Shown: positions 27,732 through 42,480 of the stretch, one piece after another
Position numbering within the stretch: the first letter of the stretch is position 1
Layout: every line of letters starts with the position of its first letter
From: Utricularia gibba
Taxonomy: Eukaryota; Plantae; Magnoliophyta
Direction of reading: 5' to 3'
NCBI GenBank assembly: GCA_002189035.1
Contig: NEEC01000010.1
Span: forward strand, 248,001 to 312,000
DNA length: 64,000 bases
The notes under the pieces: model-generated
Seen by the model: the letters and a program-made list of their open reading frames with translations, nothing else
Database searches by the model: none
What the model was told of the DNA's origin: nothing
Translations under genes and position numbers: made by a program

Positions 27732-30700
27732 TGTGAAGTGTTATTTTCCACATAATTATTATGTATTATTAAGTGTTAATTTAGAATTAAGTCACCCAAA
27801 TTAGAAGTTAATTATAGTTATTTGTATATATTTTTGTGTTGTTCTTCATGTATTTTCACCCAAAATGACAAAAAGTAGTCTTGGAGAGTTGTTTTTCGCA
27901 CCTCTCCACCAAAGGGAGGGAGAACACTTTCTTTTTAGCAATTTTAGTTTCTATTTTCATAGCCATTCGTGGCTAAACCTTCTTAGTTTCCGGGAATTGA
28001 TAAATTTTTCTTCAATGTCTTGAGCACACATCTCGATTCTTCTCTGAATTTCTTCTAGTTTTTGAATATTTTTACACATTATGTTACAGTCTTTCTGTAA
28101 TTTCTCCTAGTCATGATCATGAGTAGCTGGCCATTGCTCATAGATTTTAATGTAGAACAAAGTGAAGAGCATCATCTCCAACCCTATTGGTTTGAGGGAG
28201 ATAGCGAATTGTCTATGATCGAGATAATTCGTTAATGGTAGATAGTGGCCTCGTACCCACCCTTAGTCATTGCTAACAGCTGAGCACATGTGCATAATTC
28301 AATTTTGAAGCCCATTGATGACAATCCTCTTTTATTCTCAATCATCCAAGGGAAAATCACATGAGACTATTCTGTGCCTTCTTGTAAAAGAGTGTAAAGG
28401 AGAGTAGACTATTCCTTGTTCCTATAATTAATTATTCGGAAGAAACTTGTCAAAGTTAAGGCAAGGAGAGAAAGAGGAGGAAACGAAATCTCTTTTCTAG
28501 GAACTGCTTCCCTAGTCAAAGTTCATTACTTACATTGTATTCTGTATTCTGTATTCTAACACTTCTAAACCCCTTTTATTAACTCATGACAATTTGCAAA
28601 AGTTTCTACAAAACAATTTTCACAAAACTCAACTCCCTAAGATCGGTACTCATACTAGATTTTAATTGTGTTTTATGCTTTTTATATTTCAAATTTTTTG
28701 AGGAAACCATACGCTACAAATTTTTGTTGATGTTGTCGAGGAGTTGTGTATAGTTTTTCTTTTGCTTGTCTTTTTCTTTCTTTCTTCTTCTCTTTCTTTC
28801 GTTTATGTTTTGTTGCTATGTTTTTCTCTTTTTATGCATTCAACTCCACCAAAGTGTCACCCAAGTTTAAGATCATACTAGGAAGCCTTGTGTCCCATAT
28901 ATCTAGAGATTGAGTGCACATTTTTGAAGAAAAAGAGAGAACTTCTAGTTCATCTATTGACAGAGAAATGGCTATTCAACTATCTACTGGAATCCCCATG
29001 GTTCACATAGAATAGGAGCAATAGCATCCTGAAACTTTTCCTGTCGTGCCAATCACTAATTATAACCCAGCACTAAGGACAATTAAAAAAGAAATCACTA
29101 CAAACCACATTGACCAACCACTCTACATCATTTTTTACGGAGAATAGGACTTTGAGCTATCCCTATATCTATTTTAGACACTTTCTAAGTTGTTTGGGAG
29201 AGAGAATGATGACCCCAACTACCATCAATGAGAGTTGCACATGGCTTGTGATAACACATATTTTTGAGTGACTTAATGCATGGAATTTACTCATTTTGTG
29301 CTATAAAAATTATGTTTTATTGCCTAGTTCTATATTTTTGCACATAAGTACCGTAATAGTGTCAATTTAGTCTTAGTTGGAACTAAATCTGCGATTTAGT
29401 CCCAACCTTCTAATAGTTTTATTTGAGTAATGTAGTGCAGGTCGCAACACAAATCCCTAGGAGTCGAATATGCATAGTGTAGTGGTAGAAGATGAGTACA
29501 AAAGCCTGAAAAGTGGTACACACAAAATCCAAGGAGAAAAAAAAGGGATTTTTTGGACAAAAGGAGGAAAAAGTTGGAGAGAGGGGTAGATCTCCCTTTA
29601 GAGACTAACGACAAGTTTCTGGAGATTTTTCTGAAGGAAGAAGAAGGAGGGGAACGACGAACTAGAAGAACACAGCTTCTCTTGAGAATTTATTTTCATT
29701 CTTGACGTTTATTAGTCCTAGCTAAGACTAGATTTGGATTTCCTGCGTGAAAAAAATATCTTTTCCACTTCTACTGGATATTGCTCATTGTTGTTTAGCT
29801 TTAAAGCAAGGATGTTGTTTAGGATATGCTATGAAAACATTTTCCTTTACCTTATCATGAGTGGCTAAGCACTTAGGGGGGTGCCTTGGGTGAAAAGGGG
29901 AGAAATATGCTAATCAATCCTTAGACCTAATAAACCATAGGTCACACCACTTCCTTAACAAACCAGGATAGATCCAGGAGGGGGAAGTAGTAAAACCCAA
30001 CTTAACAACTCTAATTAGAGGTAGACCAAAGATTAGGGGGAAAAACAAGAATCCGGATAGACCTAAATCTTGTGAGTTAGTTATATGGCTTATGATTTAT
30101 GTGAGCTTGTTTGGTGATAGACATACATTCCCTAGGAGTCCCAAGGCATCACCATTTCATTCCAGAAACTACCGAATCCCAAAACTTGTTGCTTTTCCTT
30201 ACTGCATTCCATCGTAGTTCTGTTTTATTCCTAGCTAAGACCAATTTTACCAACGTGACACTGATTTCATGCATTAACTTTCACATAACAAGCACCTGCT
30301 CTTCGTGTTCGACCCTAATCACTATGCTCATAATTGTTTTATGCTTGAATGTGTGTTAGGTTATAAATTTATTTGATAGGAAAGTTTACATTTACGATGT
30401 GTGAATTTTTCGTTTATCAGCTTGTACATTCATGTGCTCAAAAGGTGCAACATGAAATCAAGTCAAGTTGCAAATCTTCCCTTTTAATCTCACCAAGCTA
30501 GCCTTGGAGTGGCTCTATGGACTGCCTCCATCCTCTATTGCTAACTAACAGCAAATGTTTCAGAAATTTCTTAAACATACCCACCATACAACAAAGTGAA
30601 GGAAAAATTTGCAAGAATATTATGATCGATTCAACCGAATCTGCAAGACTTATTCACATGCCAAGGAGGTTCTCGCTCAACACATGAGCAATCCTTGCAC

Positions 30701-30760
30701 TTGTGATCTCCATGGGGCTTATCACTTCTTATGATATCTAAAGAGAACCATTGGCAATGC
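27732..30760 (+). mobile_element. Truncated Athila-like element: LTR (family B, 27732-28718), degenerate PBS and gag relic
   Basis: The LTR ends ACGCTACA and is followed by AATTTTTGTTGATGTTGTCGAGGA, a decayed TTTTTGGCGCCGTTGCCGGGGA-type PBS. The gag reads GRENDDPNYH..HMA|CTF...QVKLQIFPFNLTKLALEWLYGLPPSSI across the solo-LTR insertion. Confidence 0.7.
29249..30419 (+). mobile_element. Solo LTR, family A
   Basis: TGATAACAC...CGTTTATCA, 1171 bp, with a perfect TSD GCTTG (29244-29248 and 30420-30424). Closely similar to 53097-54269. Confidence 0.92.
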
Positions 30761-30904
30761 TTTATGAGTGCAACCCTAACAAGAGAACTTCATGCATTTA
30801 GAGATAATGATTGGGCGAAATGCATAGAAACACAATGTTTTGTGTTTGGTTTTAGAATATTTTTCGGACACCATCTTATAAGTTACACTATCCAAAATAA
30901 AAAA

Positions 30905-31212
30905 AGTTGTTGCACATAGCTCAACCAAAGCTTGTGCCATGTCATCCACTACATGTGAACTATTTTGGATTAGGAATCTCTTGTAATGCTTTGGGAAGCC
31001 TATTGCTGATCCAATTTCTCTCTTCTATGACAAGTCTGCCATCCAATACATGTTTCATTTATACACTCATGAGCTGCCACAAGATGAAGTGCTCATTGCG
31101 AGACTTGGAAGAAAGGGACATGCTGTGAGTGATAAGATACACTTGCAACAAAGGTTGATGTCGGCATTCTCAAGCTCAAATGGCTGATATCCTTACCAAA
31201 GATCTTACCATT
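30905..31212 (+). mobile_element. Ty1/copia RNase H relic, interleaved with RPS23 sequence
   Basis: MSSTTCELFWIRNLL...DKSAIQ...THE and later [10 protein letters not shown] match copia RNase H motifs (CELxWL..LL; D.KSAI; HERTKH; QxADIxTK). Confidence 0.65.
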
Positions 31213-31345
31213 GCTCATTGCGAGACTTGGAAGAAAGAGACATGATGTGAGTGATATTCTTGGAGTTAGGTTCAAGGTGGTTGGGGTATCATGGGTTTCA
31301 CTCTTGGCTCTTTTCAAGGAGAAGAAAGAGAAGCCCGAGTCATAG
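31083..31345 (+). pseudogene. RPS23: RPS23 pseudogene, 3' part (partial copy 31083-31133; longer copy 31213-31345)
   Basis: [17 protein letters not shown] and [43 protein letters not shown] compared with the conserved [46 protein letters not shown]. Confidence 0.9.
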
Positions 31346-31871
31346 CTTCACCATTTGTGTGTTTTAAGGAGAAGAAGAACAAACATTAACGAGTATTTCG
31401 TCTTTCCAACTATTTTTATGGGTTTTCTTTTCGGTTGCTTTTTAGAGTCATGATGTGTGTTTGACTTCTCTTTGCACCTTCATCTCTAGATCGTCTAACT
31501 TTTGGAGTATCGTCTAAATTTGTTGTTACAAACAAGTCTTAATTAAAGTGGCATTGTTTTGTGATTAGTATAAACCTTTGTTCCAAGTGTATCTTATATT
31601 ATGTATCCTAAGCCTAGTAACCCTATCATGAATTTGAAAATGCATGTTATGCAATTGCAGGGCGTTTAAAAAAATGAGTTTAATTCATCTTTTGATGTAA
31701 TTATAAGTTTTAATTGAATTTTTTATAATGATTGAATTGATTTATTAAGTTTTAATTATATTTATTATACAATATTAATAGAAACGTAAATTTTTTTAAA
31801 ATTCAAGTTTTAATCTTTTTTATAAAACTTATTTAAATCTATCAATTTATGCATTTTAATTAAATTCGACC

Positions 31872-32106
31872 TGGGCCACCCCAGCCCACTCCAGCCTGCG
31901 CTCTAAGGCCTGAGCCCCTGAGCCTAAATGTAAATTCAAAGTCCGCATGGGCCGGGTTAAAGGCCCCTTACAAAATAAAATTTAGAAAATAGTATATAAT
32001 TCATGGGTCACGAGCCAGGAAATATTGGGACGTTATGACGTACCGTATCACGGTATGAGTCCCACGCTTTTGTTGGGCCCGCTATGGAGGGCTGGCTGGA
32101 TGGGCC
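31872..32106 (+). promoter_or_regulatory. Cluster of site II (TGGGCY) motifs upstream of MCM8
   Basis: TGGGCC at 31872, 31948, 32074 and 32101, plus AGCCCA at 31883, all 190-430 bp upstream of the ATG. These could alternatively be TE subterminal repeats. Confidence 0.4.
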
Positions 32107-32297
32107 AACCCGCACCACGCGCAGGCGCAGCCTATGCTAATGTAGCCGTTGAGTGCGGGATGCATGTTGATGTCGAAGCTTCTGTGCAATTCCAATTCCA
32201 TCCTCAAAGTTGCCGCGTTTTCCTAGTCTCAAATTATCCTCTTCTTCTGCGTTGCGTCAGTTGCTCACACTCGCAATCCCTTGGGTTTGATTCCAGA

Positions 32298-36397
<4,100 letters not shown>

Positions 36398-36713
36398 TTA
36401 TGCAACCAACGAGGACCGAATGTACAGTTGACAGAACTGCGTAAATGAATCGTCGACGTATTGCAAAAAGAGTTTTTTTTTTCCTACTTTACAAGACATG
36501 CACATCAATTATCACAGATCATGTGACGCAAGCAATCTGCAGGAGCTGCAAGAGCAGGCAATATGTGACACCCGATAACCCATTAGGGAGTTACAAGTTA
36601 CAACAAGCGAACATAATGTTGAAGCAATCTATGCGTCTCTTTGCTAAATAACTCGCCACATGAAGTTGCAAACGAGAAAAAGAAAAAAAGGAGCAGGAAT
36701 TATGTTGCGTTAT

Positions 36714-38030
36714 TCAGAGTTCAAACTCTTCTTCACGAAGTGCCACTTCTGCAGCTTCTTCCTCCTCCTCATCGAGTACAAAGTACTCATTTTTCTCAAG
36801 TGGTCTAAACATGTAAAAGATGACCGCGTAGAAGGCAAGACTAGCAATCTCCTCCCCTGCATAAGCGACCCATTGGTACTTATAAGCAGCGATTGTCCTG
36901 AGAGCAAACACCACGATCCTGGTGAAGTACAGGTAGCCAATCACAACTATGTAAAACTGCCTAAAGAGTGTCAGCTTTGCCAAATTCCTTGCGGCTTTCC
37001 CATCAGTTTTAGATGTCTCCCTCAAGGATCTAATGGACCATAGAATAGGGAAAATAATAGCACAACAACAAATGATGTCCACAATCAGAAAAACCTGATT
37101 CCAGGTCACCCAGTCCTTGATAAAGGGTCCAGTTTCCCCAATAACAATGGAGGCTACATTGGCCAATACTTGTAAGGGGATAACAATCATCAGTACCTTC
37201 TTTTCCCTTTCCTGCAAAAAGGGCTTCAAGAAGGACCACCCAGTACCGATCAAAACTATAACAGTGAACAACAAGACAACCCTGATGCACTGGAAAATGT
37301 AGAACAATATATCCCATCCATGAGGTGTTCCAGTCACTTTAACATAATGCTTATCTTCCGCAGCACAAAGCAAGTTCAAAGCTTTCATGATCACAAGAAC
37401 CCCCATCAGCAAATGAATCCTGTGAACCGACTTCTTATTTAGGATGCAGAAATAGATCCAGCATCCCAAGAATGCAAAATATACCACAGAGAAGCAGAAG
37501 TACAAAGCCGGCGTTTGCGTCAATCCGGCAGATAAATAGTCCTTCTCAACTCTTCCGCCACCATCCATATTGTAAAGCTCGGTTCTTACGTCCATGGTAA
37601 CTTTCGATTCAGGCGCACAATTGGCAAAAAAGAGCGAATATTCATTTGGAGAAGTGACAGGATACGAAAGATTGAAGGAGGAAGAAGGCGGTGGAGAGAG
37701 ATCTCTGAAAGTGAAGAGTAGATTAATATACTTGGAATCGAGGACGCAAAATGAAGGATTGGACTGCAGCTCAAGGAGCACTTGAACTAGGGATTCTTCC
37801 GAGAGAAGGAAGAAACCTAATTGAGATGGGTTCGCAGCGGCGAGACTAGAGATCACAAGGACCCCCGAGACGGTGATGGTAGCGTGGCCCGTGTGCGTGA
37901 ATCCGAATCGTTCGAACAAAATCATTGAGCGAGAATCCGACAAGATCTTAAGGTTTTTTATCTCGGCAACAGAGAAGGGGAGGAGGAGGAGGAGGAGGAG
38001 AATAGGGAAAAGAAAAATGAGCTTTGTCAT
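36714..38030 (-). CDS. GPR107/LUSTR (lung seven-transmembrane receptor family, CAND6/7-like), 438 aa, single exon
   Basis: The first ATG is at 38030; the ORF-track start at 38135 is TTG. Signal peptide MTKLIFLFPILLLLLLLPFSVA, motifs LFERFGF, YSLFFANC, KDYLSAG, seven hydrophobic segments, GTGWSFLKPFLQEREKK and an acidic tail. Confidence 0.93.
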   Translation of the reverse strand: MTKLIFLFPILLLLLLLPFSVAEIKNLKILSDSRSMILFERFGFTHTGHATITVSGVLVISSLAAANPSQLGFFLLSEESLVQVLLELQSNPSFCVLDSKYINLLFTFRDLSPPPSSSFNLSYPVTSPNEYSLFFANCAPESKVTMDVRTELYNMDGGGRVEKDYLSAGLTQTPALYFCFSVVYFAFLGCWIYFCILNKKSVHRIHLLMGVLVIMKALNLLCAAEDKHYVKVTGTPHGWDILFYIFQCIRVVLLFTVIVLIGTGWSFLKPFLQEREKKVLMIVIPLQVLANVASIVIGETGPFIKDWVTWNQVFLIVDIICCCAIIFPILWSIRSLRETSKTDGKAARNLAKLTLFRQFYIVVIGYLYFTRIVVFALRTIAAYKYQWVAYAGEEIASLAFYAVIFYMFRPLEKNEYFVLDEEEEEAAEVALREEEFEL

Positions 38031-38800
38031 TTTGTACCGCCGGCACAAGAGAAGGCACCCGGAAGCTGGAGAGCAAAGAGGCGGACAATTGGAGAATGGC
38101 GGAGGGGAGGGGGTTGGAAGGGGAAGGCGAGCCAATTTCGCCGGAAAGGGGAATAAAAAAACAAAACCGTCTACCGTGGTATGGTACGCCTAAATGAATT
38201 AACTGGAAAAGCGCACTCTTGAACTTGAAAAGAATCCAATTGAAGTCCCTGAAAGAGTGACTACCGGGAGGGATCTCAAGTTTCACAAGCCAAGAAAGAC
38301 GACACCCCACAAGAAGAAGAAGCCATTGAACGGCGGCATTCCTCTCAGATCTCAACTTAGTTGGTCAATCTGTTTTCAAGTGATGGTGACATGACTTGGC
38401 TTGCGGTGCGGCATCAAGAGTCGGTGCCCGTGGACTTGTGTTTGAGGATTTTTAGTATTTTTTGGAGCATTTTATGTACCCCAGTTTGTGAAAATGCCTC
38501 AAGAATGCTCGTAAACGGAGCACCTCCACTAGACGGACTCTTTTGTCTGTTTGGTGACTCCCCTATATTGCAACCACGATGTGTTTCTCTATAGTTGGGA
38601 GGGATAGAGGCCAGGCCAAGCCCATTCTGTCGGCTCGGGTGCCATCGGGTTTCTGGGAAAGTCTCCATCGCGTGCTTCCTCTTAGTCCTCGTTGAGTTGA
38701 CTCTTGGGTGTAGACACGGTGCTACCTTCCCATCACAATGCAAATGTGTCGGCCAGCGGAGAGGAGAGGTGAGCCATCTCAACGCCCAAAAATATTTCTT

Positions 38801-38807
38801 TATAAAT
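38801..38807 (+). promoter_or_regulatory. TATA box of the XEGIP-like gene
   Basis: TATAAAT about 62-68 nt upstream of the ATG at 38869. Confidence 0.6.
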
Positions 38808-38868
38808 CGGGGTGCGGTGCGGGTTGGGGGGCGCTGCGCGCCACTTCTCTGTCGCTCATCAATGCAAA

Positions 38869-40203
38869 ATGCAAATGGGAGCCTTTCTCCTCTTCTCCAT
38901 CTCAACGATAATCCTCCTCCTCCTCCCCCTCGGCGGCGCGTCGGCTGCTCAAACCTCGTTCCGCCCAACAGCCCTGATTCTCCCCGTGAGAAAGGATCCC
39001 TCAACTCATCAATATCTCACCCGCATCACCCAACGGACCCCTCTTGTTCCTCTCACCCTCGCCGTGGACCTCGGTGCCAAGTTCATGTGGGTCAATTGTG
39101 ACCGCGACTACGCCTCCTCCACCTACAAACCGGTTCACTGCCGCACCGCCACATGCTCATCCTTTGGCTCCAACAGCTGCGGAAGCTGCAACGGCCCCCC
39201 AAGCCCCGGCTGCAACAATAATACCTGTGGCAGTTTCCCGGACAACCCCTTCGTTTCACTCGGCACAATCGGCGAGCTAGCGGAAGACGTCGTCTCCCTT
39301 GCCTCCACAGATGGTTCTAATCCTACTCGCCGCTTAGCTGTCGTGCGCAACTTTGTTTTCGTGTGTGGTTCGGATATTCTTATCCCCGGCCTCGCAAAGG
39401 GAGCGAGGGGACTTATCGGCCTCAGCCGTTCCCCAATTGCTCTGCCCCTGCAGTTTTCCAGGGCATTCAGCTTCCCCCGGAAGTTCGCCATGTGTCTCTC
39501 GTCCTCCAGCCGCGGGGAAGGTGTGATATTCTTCGGCAACAGCCCCTACAATCTGCTTCCCGACATAGAGGTATCTCGGCGCCTTACCTACACTCCGTTA
39601 TACATCAACCCCGTGAGTACAGCTTCGGCGTACGTACGAGGGGAGAAATCCGTCGAATACTTCATAGGCGTCAAGTCCATTAAAGTAGGCGAACGCCCAC
39701 TGCGAATCAACACCACTCTGCTCCGTATCGACAGTAACGGAAATGGAGGAACGAAGATCAGCACGGTGGATCGTTTCACACGATTGCAGACCTCCATTTA
39801 CCGCGAGTTCAGCTCGGCCTTCATTCGAGAGGCGGCAGCTAGGAACATCAGCCGCATCGTTCCGGGTATCGCCCCATTCGACCTGTGCTTCAGCACAGCC
39901 AACGTGTTGAGCACTCGAACGGGGCCGTCGGTGCCTTACATCAGTCTAGGACTGGACGGCCAGAATGCGCCTACTTGGACAATAACAGGGTCCAATTCGA
40001 TGGTGGCCGTGGATGGTAAAGCGCTGTGTTTGGGGTTCGTGGATGGAGGAGAAAATCCGAGGACCGCAATCGTGATTGGAGCGTCGCAGCTGGAGGACAA
40101 TCTGGTGCAGTTTGATTTGGCCAGTTCGAGGCTGGGGTTCAGCTCTTCGTTGCTTGGATATCGAACCACGTGCTCCAACTTCAATTTCACCGCCATCCCC
40201 TAG
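38869..40203 (+). CDS. Xyloglucan-specific endoglucanase inhibitor / EDGP / basic 7S globulin-like (TAXI_N and TAXI_C pepsin-like fold), 444 aa (or start at 38875)
   Basis: Signal peptide, SFRPTALILPVRKD, VDLGAKFMWVNCD, conserved Cys pattern (CGSC..PPSPGCNNNTC), GGTKISTV in place of the second catalytic DSG motif, and terminal QLEDNLVQFDLASSRLGFS...RTTCSNFNFT. Intronless. Confidence 0.93.
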   Translation: MQMGAFLLFSISTIILLLLPLGGASAAQTSFRPTALILPVRKDPSTHQYLTRITQRTPLVPLTLAVDLGAKFMWVNCDRDYASSTYKPVHCRTATCSSFGSNSCGSCNGPPSPGCNNNTCGSFPDNPFVSLGTIGELAEDVVSLASTDGSNPTRRLAVVRNFVFVCGSDILIPGLAKGARGLIGLSRSPIALPLQFSRAFSFPRKFAMCLSSSSRGEGVIFFGNSPYNLLPDIEVSRRLTYTPLYINPVSTASAYVRGEKSVEYFIGVKSIKVGERPLRINTTLLRIDSNGNGGTKISTVDRFTRLQTSIYREFSSAFIREAAARNISRIVPGIAPFDLCFSTANVLSTRTGPSVPYISLGLDGQNAPTWTITGSNSMVAVDGKALCLGFVDGGENPRTAIVIGASQLEDNLVQFDLASSRLGFSSSLLGYRTTCSNFNFTAIP

Positions 40204-41049
40204 TTCCCACCGCGCTGCCGGCCGGTGCTCCCGACACTCAACTCTGTGTTTTGTGTTTGTTTTGGTTCAATAAAGGAAAGTAAGTGTGTTTCCAAGAAAG
40301 CCAGGCAGGCGCGTAAACAAGGGGGCTGTTTTTAAATAATAACCATAAAAAAATATATATATAACTGAGTAGATTTATCATATAGTCATTTGATTTGACA
40401 TGAGGTATTTTTCCAAATCACCCGCTTGTCTTTAAATACTAGCTTGTTTTAAACAAGGCTTTCTTCTGTTTTCAAAGCAGGAAGGGGGCGATAAATGGGT
40501 CCCACACATAATTACTCTCTCCATGTGAAGGAGCATATGAAGGTGATGGATCTGGTGGAAGAAGAAGCCTAGCGATGACGTTGAGGCGAGGCGAGGGGAG
40601 CCCAGACGGAAATATTGAATGCTGATCTGCTTTTCAAACTGGGTCACGGAAATGGCAGCGCTGATACAATGAATGCATTTAACAGCCGTCAGTCAGGATT
40701 TAATTCCAATGGGGAACTGCTCTCGAATCGAATCGGTGTCATCCACCCGCCCACAAACAAAACTATCCGTTGGATTAGGTGAATAAAATAACCTCGTATT
40801 CATAATCTCTCTAACGCCAGAAGACTCGGAGAGCTTGTGGTAGAAAGCCATACAGAAGCAAATTCAAAACAGGGCTCACAACTTCATAATAACTAACTGC
40901 TCGGCCCGGTTACAAGGACGTTGCTCTTGGATTTACCCCCAAAGAGTGAATCCCGTAAAACACCATGTGGAGGCTGCTTATCAAGTGGATGAACCGAATA
41001 CAGTTATGTCAAGTACAGCCTATTTTCTCTTCAAGTTGTTAATGATATG

Positions 41050-42480
41050 TCATGATTCCCTTTTTGAGGGCCTAAAGGATTATCAAAGTTCAATGGGGAA
41101 GATGACCCCTACCAATATCTCACCCTCTTTGATATCGATATGGGTATCCTACCAACAATTGATAGGATGATGTATGACCTATTTGCTTCCACTGTCCAAG
41201 GAGATACATAAGAATGATATCATATCATCCCTCCACGTACCATTAAATACATGATGAACATGTGCATCTTAATACAAAACATGAATAGTAGAAGTTTTGG
41301 ATTATAAATATAAGAGGGAATCTTTGCATAATGCCTTGGAGAGGTTCAATTAACTAGCGCAAGACATTTCTATCACACTCAAGGAGAGAGTGGAAACTCT
41401 TAGGGCGCGTTTGGTTGATGGGTTTAGATGGGTTGCGGCGTGGGTTTAGACATAAACCCACGAACGTTCGTGGGTTTCAGGTGGTTAAAAATAAATCCAC
41501 CTGTTGACCATAAACCGAGCGGGAACCCATGGAACTGGGTTTAGCTAAACCTAGGGAGGGAGGTTGGTTTAGCTAAACTCAGCTCAACGCTTCCACTTTT
41601 GCCCTCACTGAACCACATTTGAACGCAGATTTGCCGGAAACCAGATACATAGATCTGTTTACCATTTTTTTTAAAGTTAAAATTCATATAGATCTATAGC
41701 ATATTTATTCAGATCTGTAACATATTTGTTCAGATCTATTCAAATCTATTGAAGAAGAAGAAGAAGAAGAAAAGGAAGAAGAAGAAAATGAAGAAGAAGA
41801 CGACGAGGAAGAAGAAGAAGAAGAAAAAAAAGAAAAAAAAGATGAAGACAAAGAAAAAGATAAAGATGAAAGTAATAATAGTATATCTAATATTGTGGGT
41901 TTTCATTTTTGGTGCTGAATGTGAGTTTTCGTTTTGAAGACGAGCATTGCATATATTATTATCCGGTGCTTGCTGTAAAATATGAATTTTCGTTTTAAAG
42001 ACGAGCACCGCATCTATTATTATTCAGTGCTTGTTATAAAATAAAGTTTCAACTAAGCACCGTAATTTATATTATGCGGTGCTCGATTGAACTTATAAAA
42101 TGATATAGAAAAATAAAATATATGATAATTTATTTTAATTAACTAAAAGATATATTGGTAATTTCATATGAAAATAATCACAAACCTAATTTTAAACCCA
42201 CGTACCAAACGTGTATTCATCTTAAACCCAAATAATTTAAACCCATCAACCAAACACGGATTACACACTTTAAACCCATGAAATCGGGTTATCTAAACCC
42301 AAATAAACTAAACCTGAGTTTAGACCAAACCCACTAATCAAACGCGCCCTTAGAAAGTGCTTTGGATTGTGTGATATAGGCGAAAACCTCATCATTGATC
42401 CAATGGAGATAGCATGAATCTCATTTGACTATATGCATAATATCCAATGCCAGATGACACTCTAGTGACAATGTTTCAAG
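41050..42480 (+). mobile_element. Tat/Ogre-like gag relic split by a MITE
   Basis: KFNGEDDPYQYL...DLFASTVQG..E*YHIIPPRTI resembles the gag motif KYDG..DP..H...F..TL.G.A..WY..LPPRSI. It continues as ETL|RKC across the MITE. Confidence 0.5.
41403..42349. mobile_element. PIF/Harbinger (Tourist-like) MITE, 947 bp
   Basis: TIRs GGGCGCGTTTGGTTGATGGGTTT / AAACCCACTAATCAAACGCGCCC; TSD TTA at 41400-41402 and 42350-42352. Subterminal AAACCCA repeats, an internal (GAA)-rich tract at about 41751-41870 and about 65-bp repeats at 41920-42080. Confidence 0.92.

Noticed and set aside
32025-32297. Upstream extension of the MCM8 first-exon ORF
   Set aside because: It starts at a non-ATG codon in promoter-like sequence with no MCM similarity. 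Homology begins after the ATG at 32298, although internal in-frame ATGs cannot be formally excluded.
38031-38135. 35-aa N-terminal extension of the GPR107-like ORF
   Set aside because: It starts at TTG. The first ATG (38030) directly precedes a good signal peptide.
38361-39797. Several 130-200 aa ORFs overlapping the XEGIP gene and its promoter (for example 38414..39004 -, 38595..39101 +, 39135..39539 -)
   Set aside because: GC-rich shadow frames of the real CDS with no recognisable motifs.
41736-42008. Poly-Lys and poly-Phe ORFs (41749..41937 +, 41736..42008 -)
   Set aside because: Translations of the (GAA)-rich tract inside the MITE.
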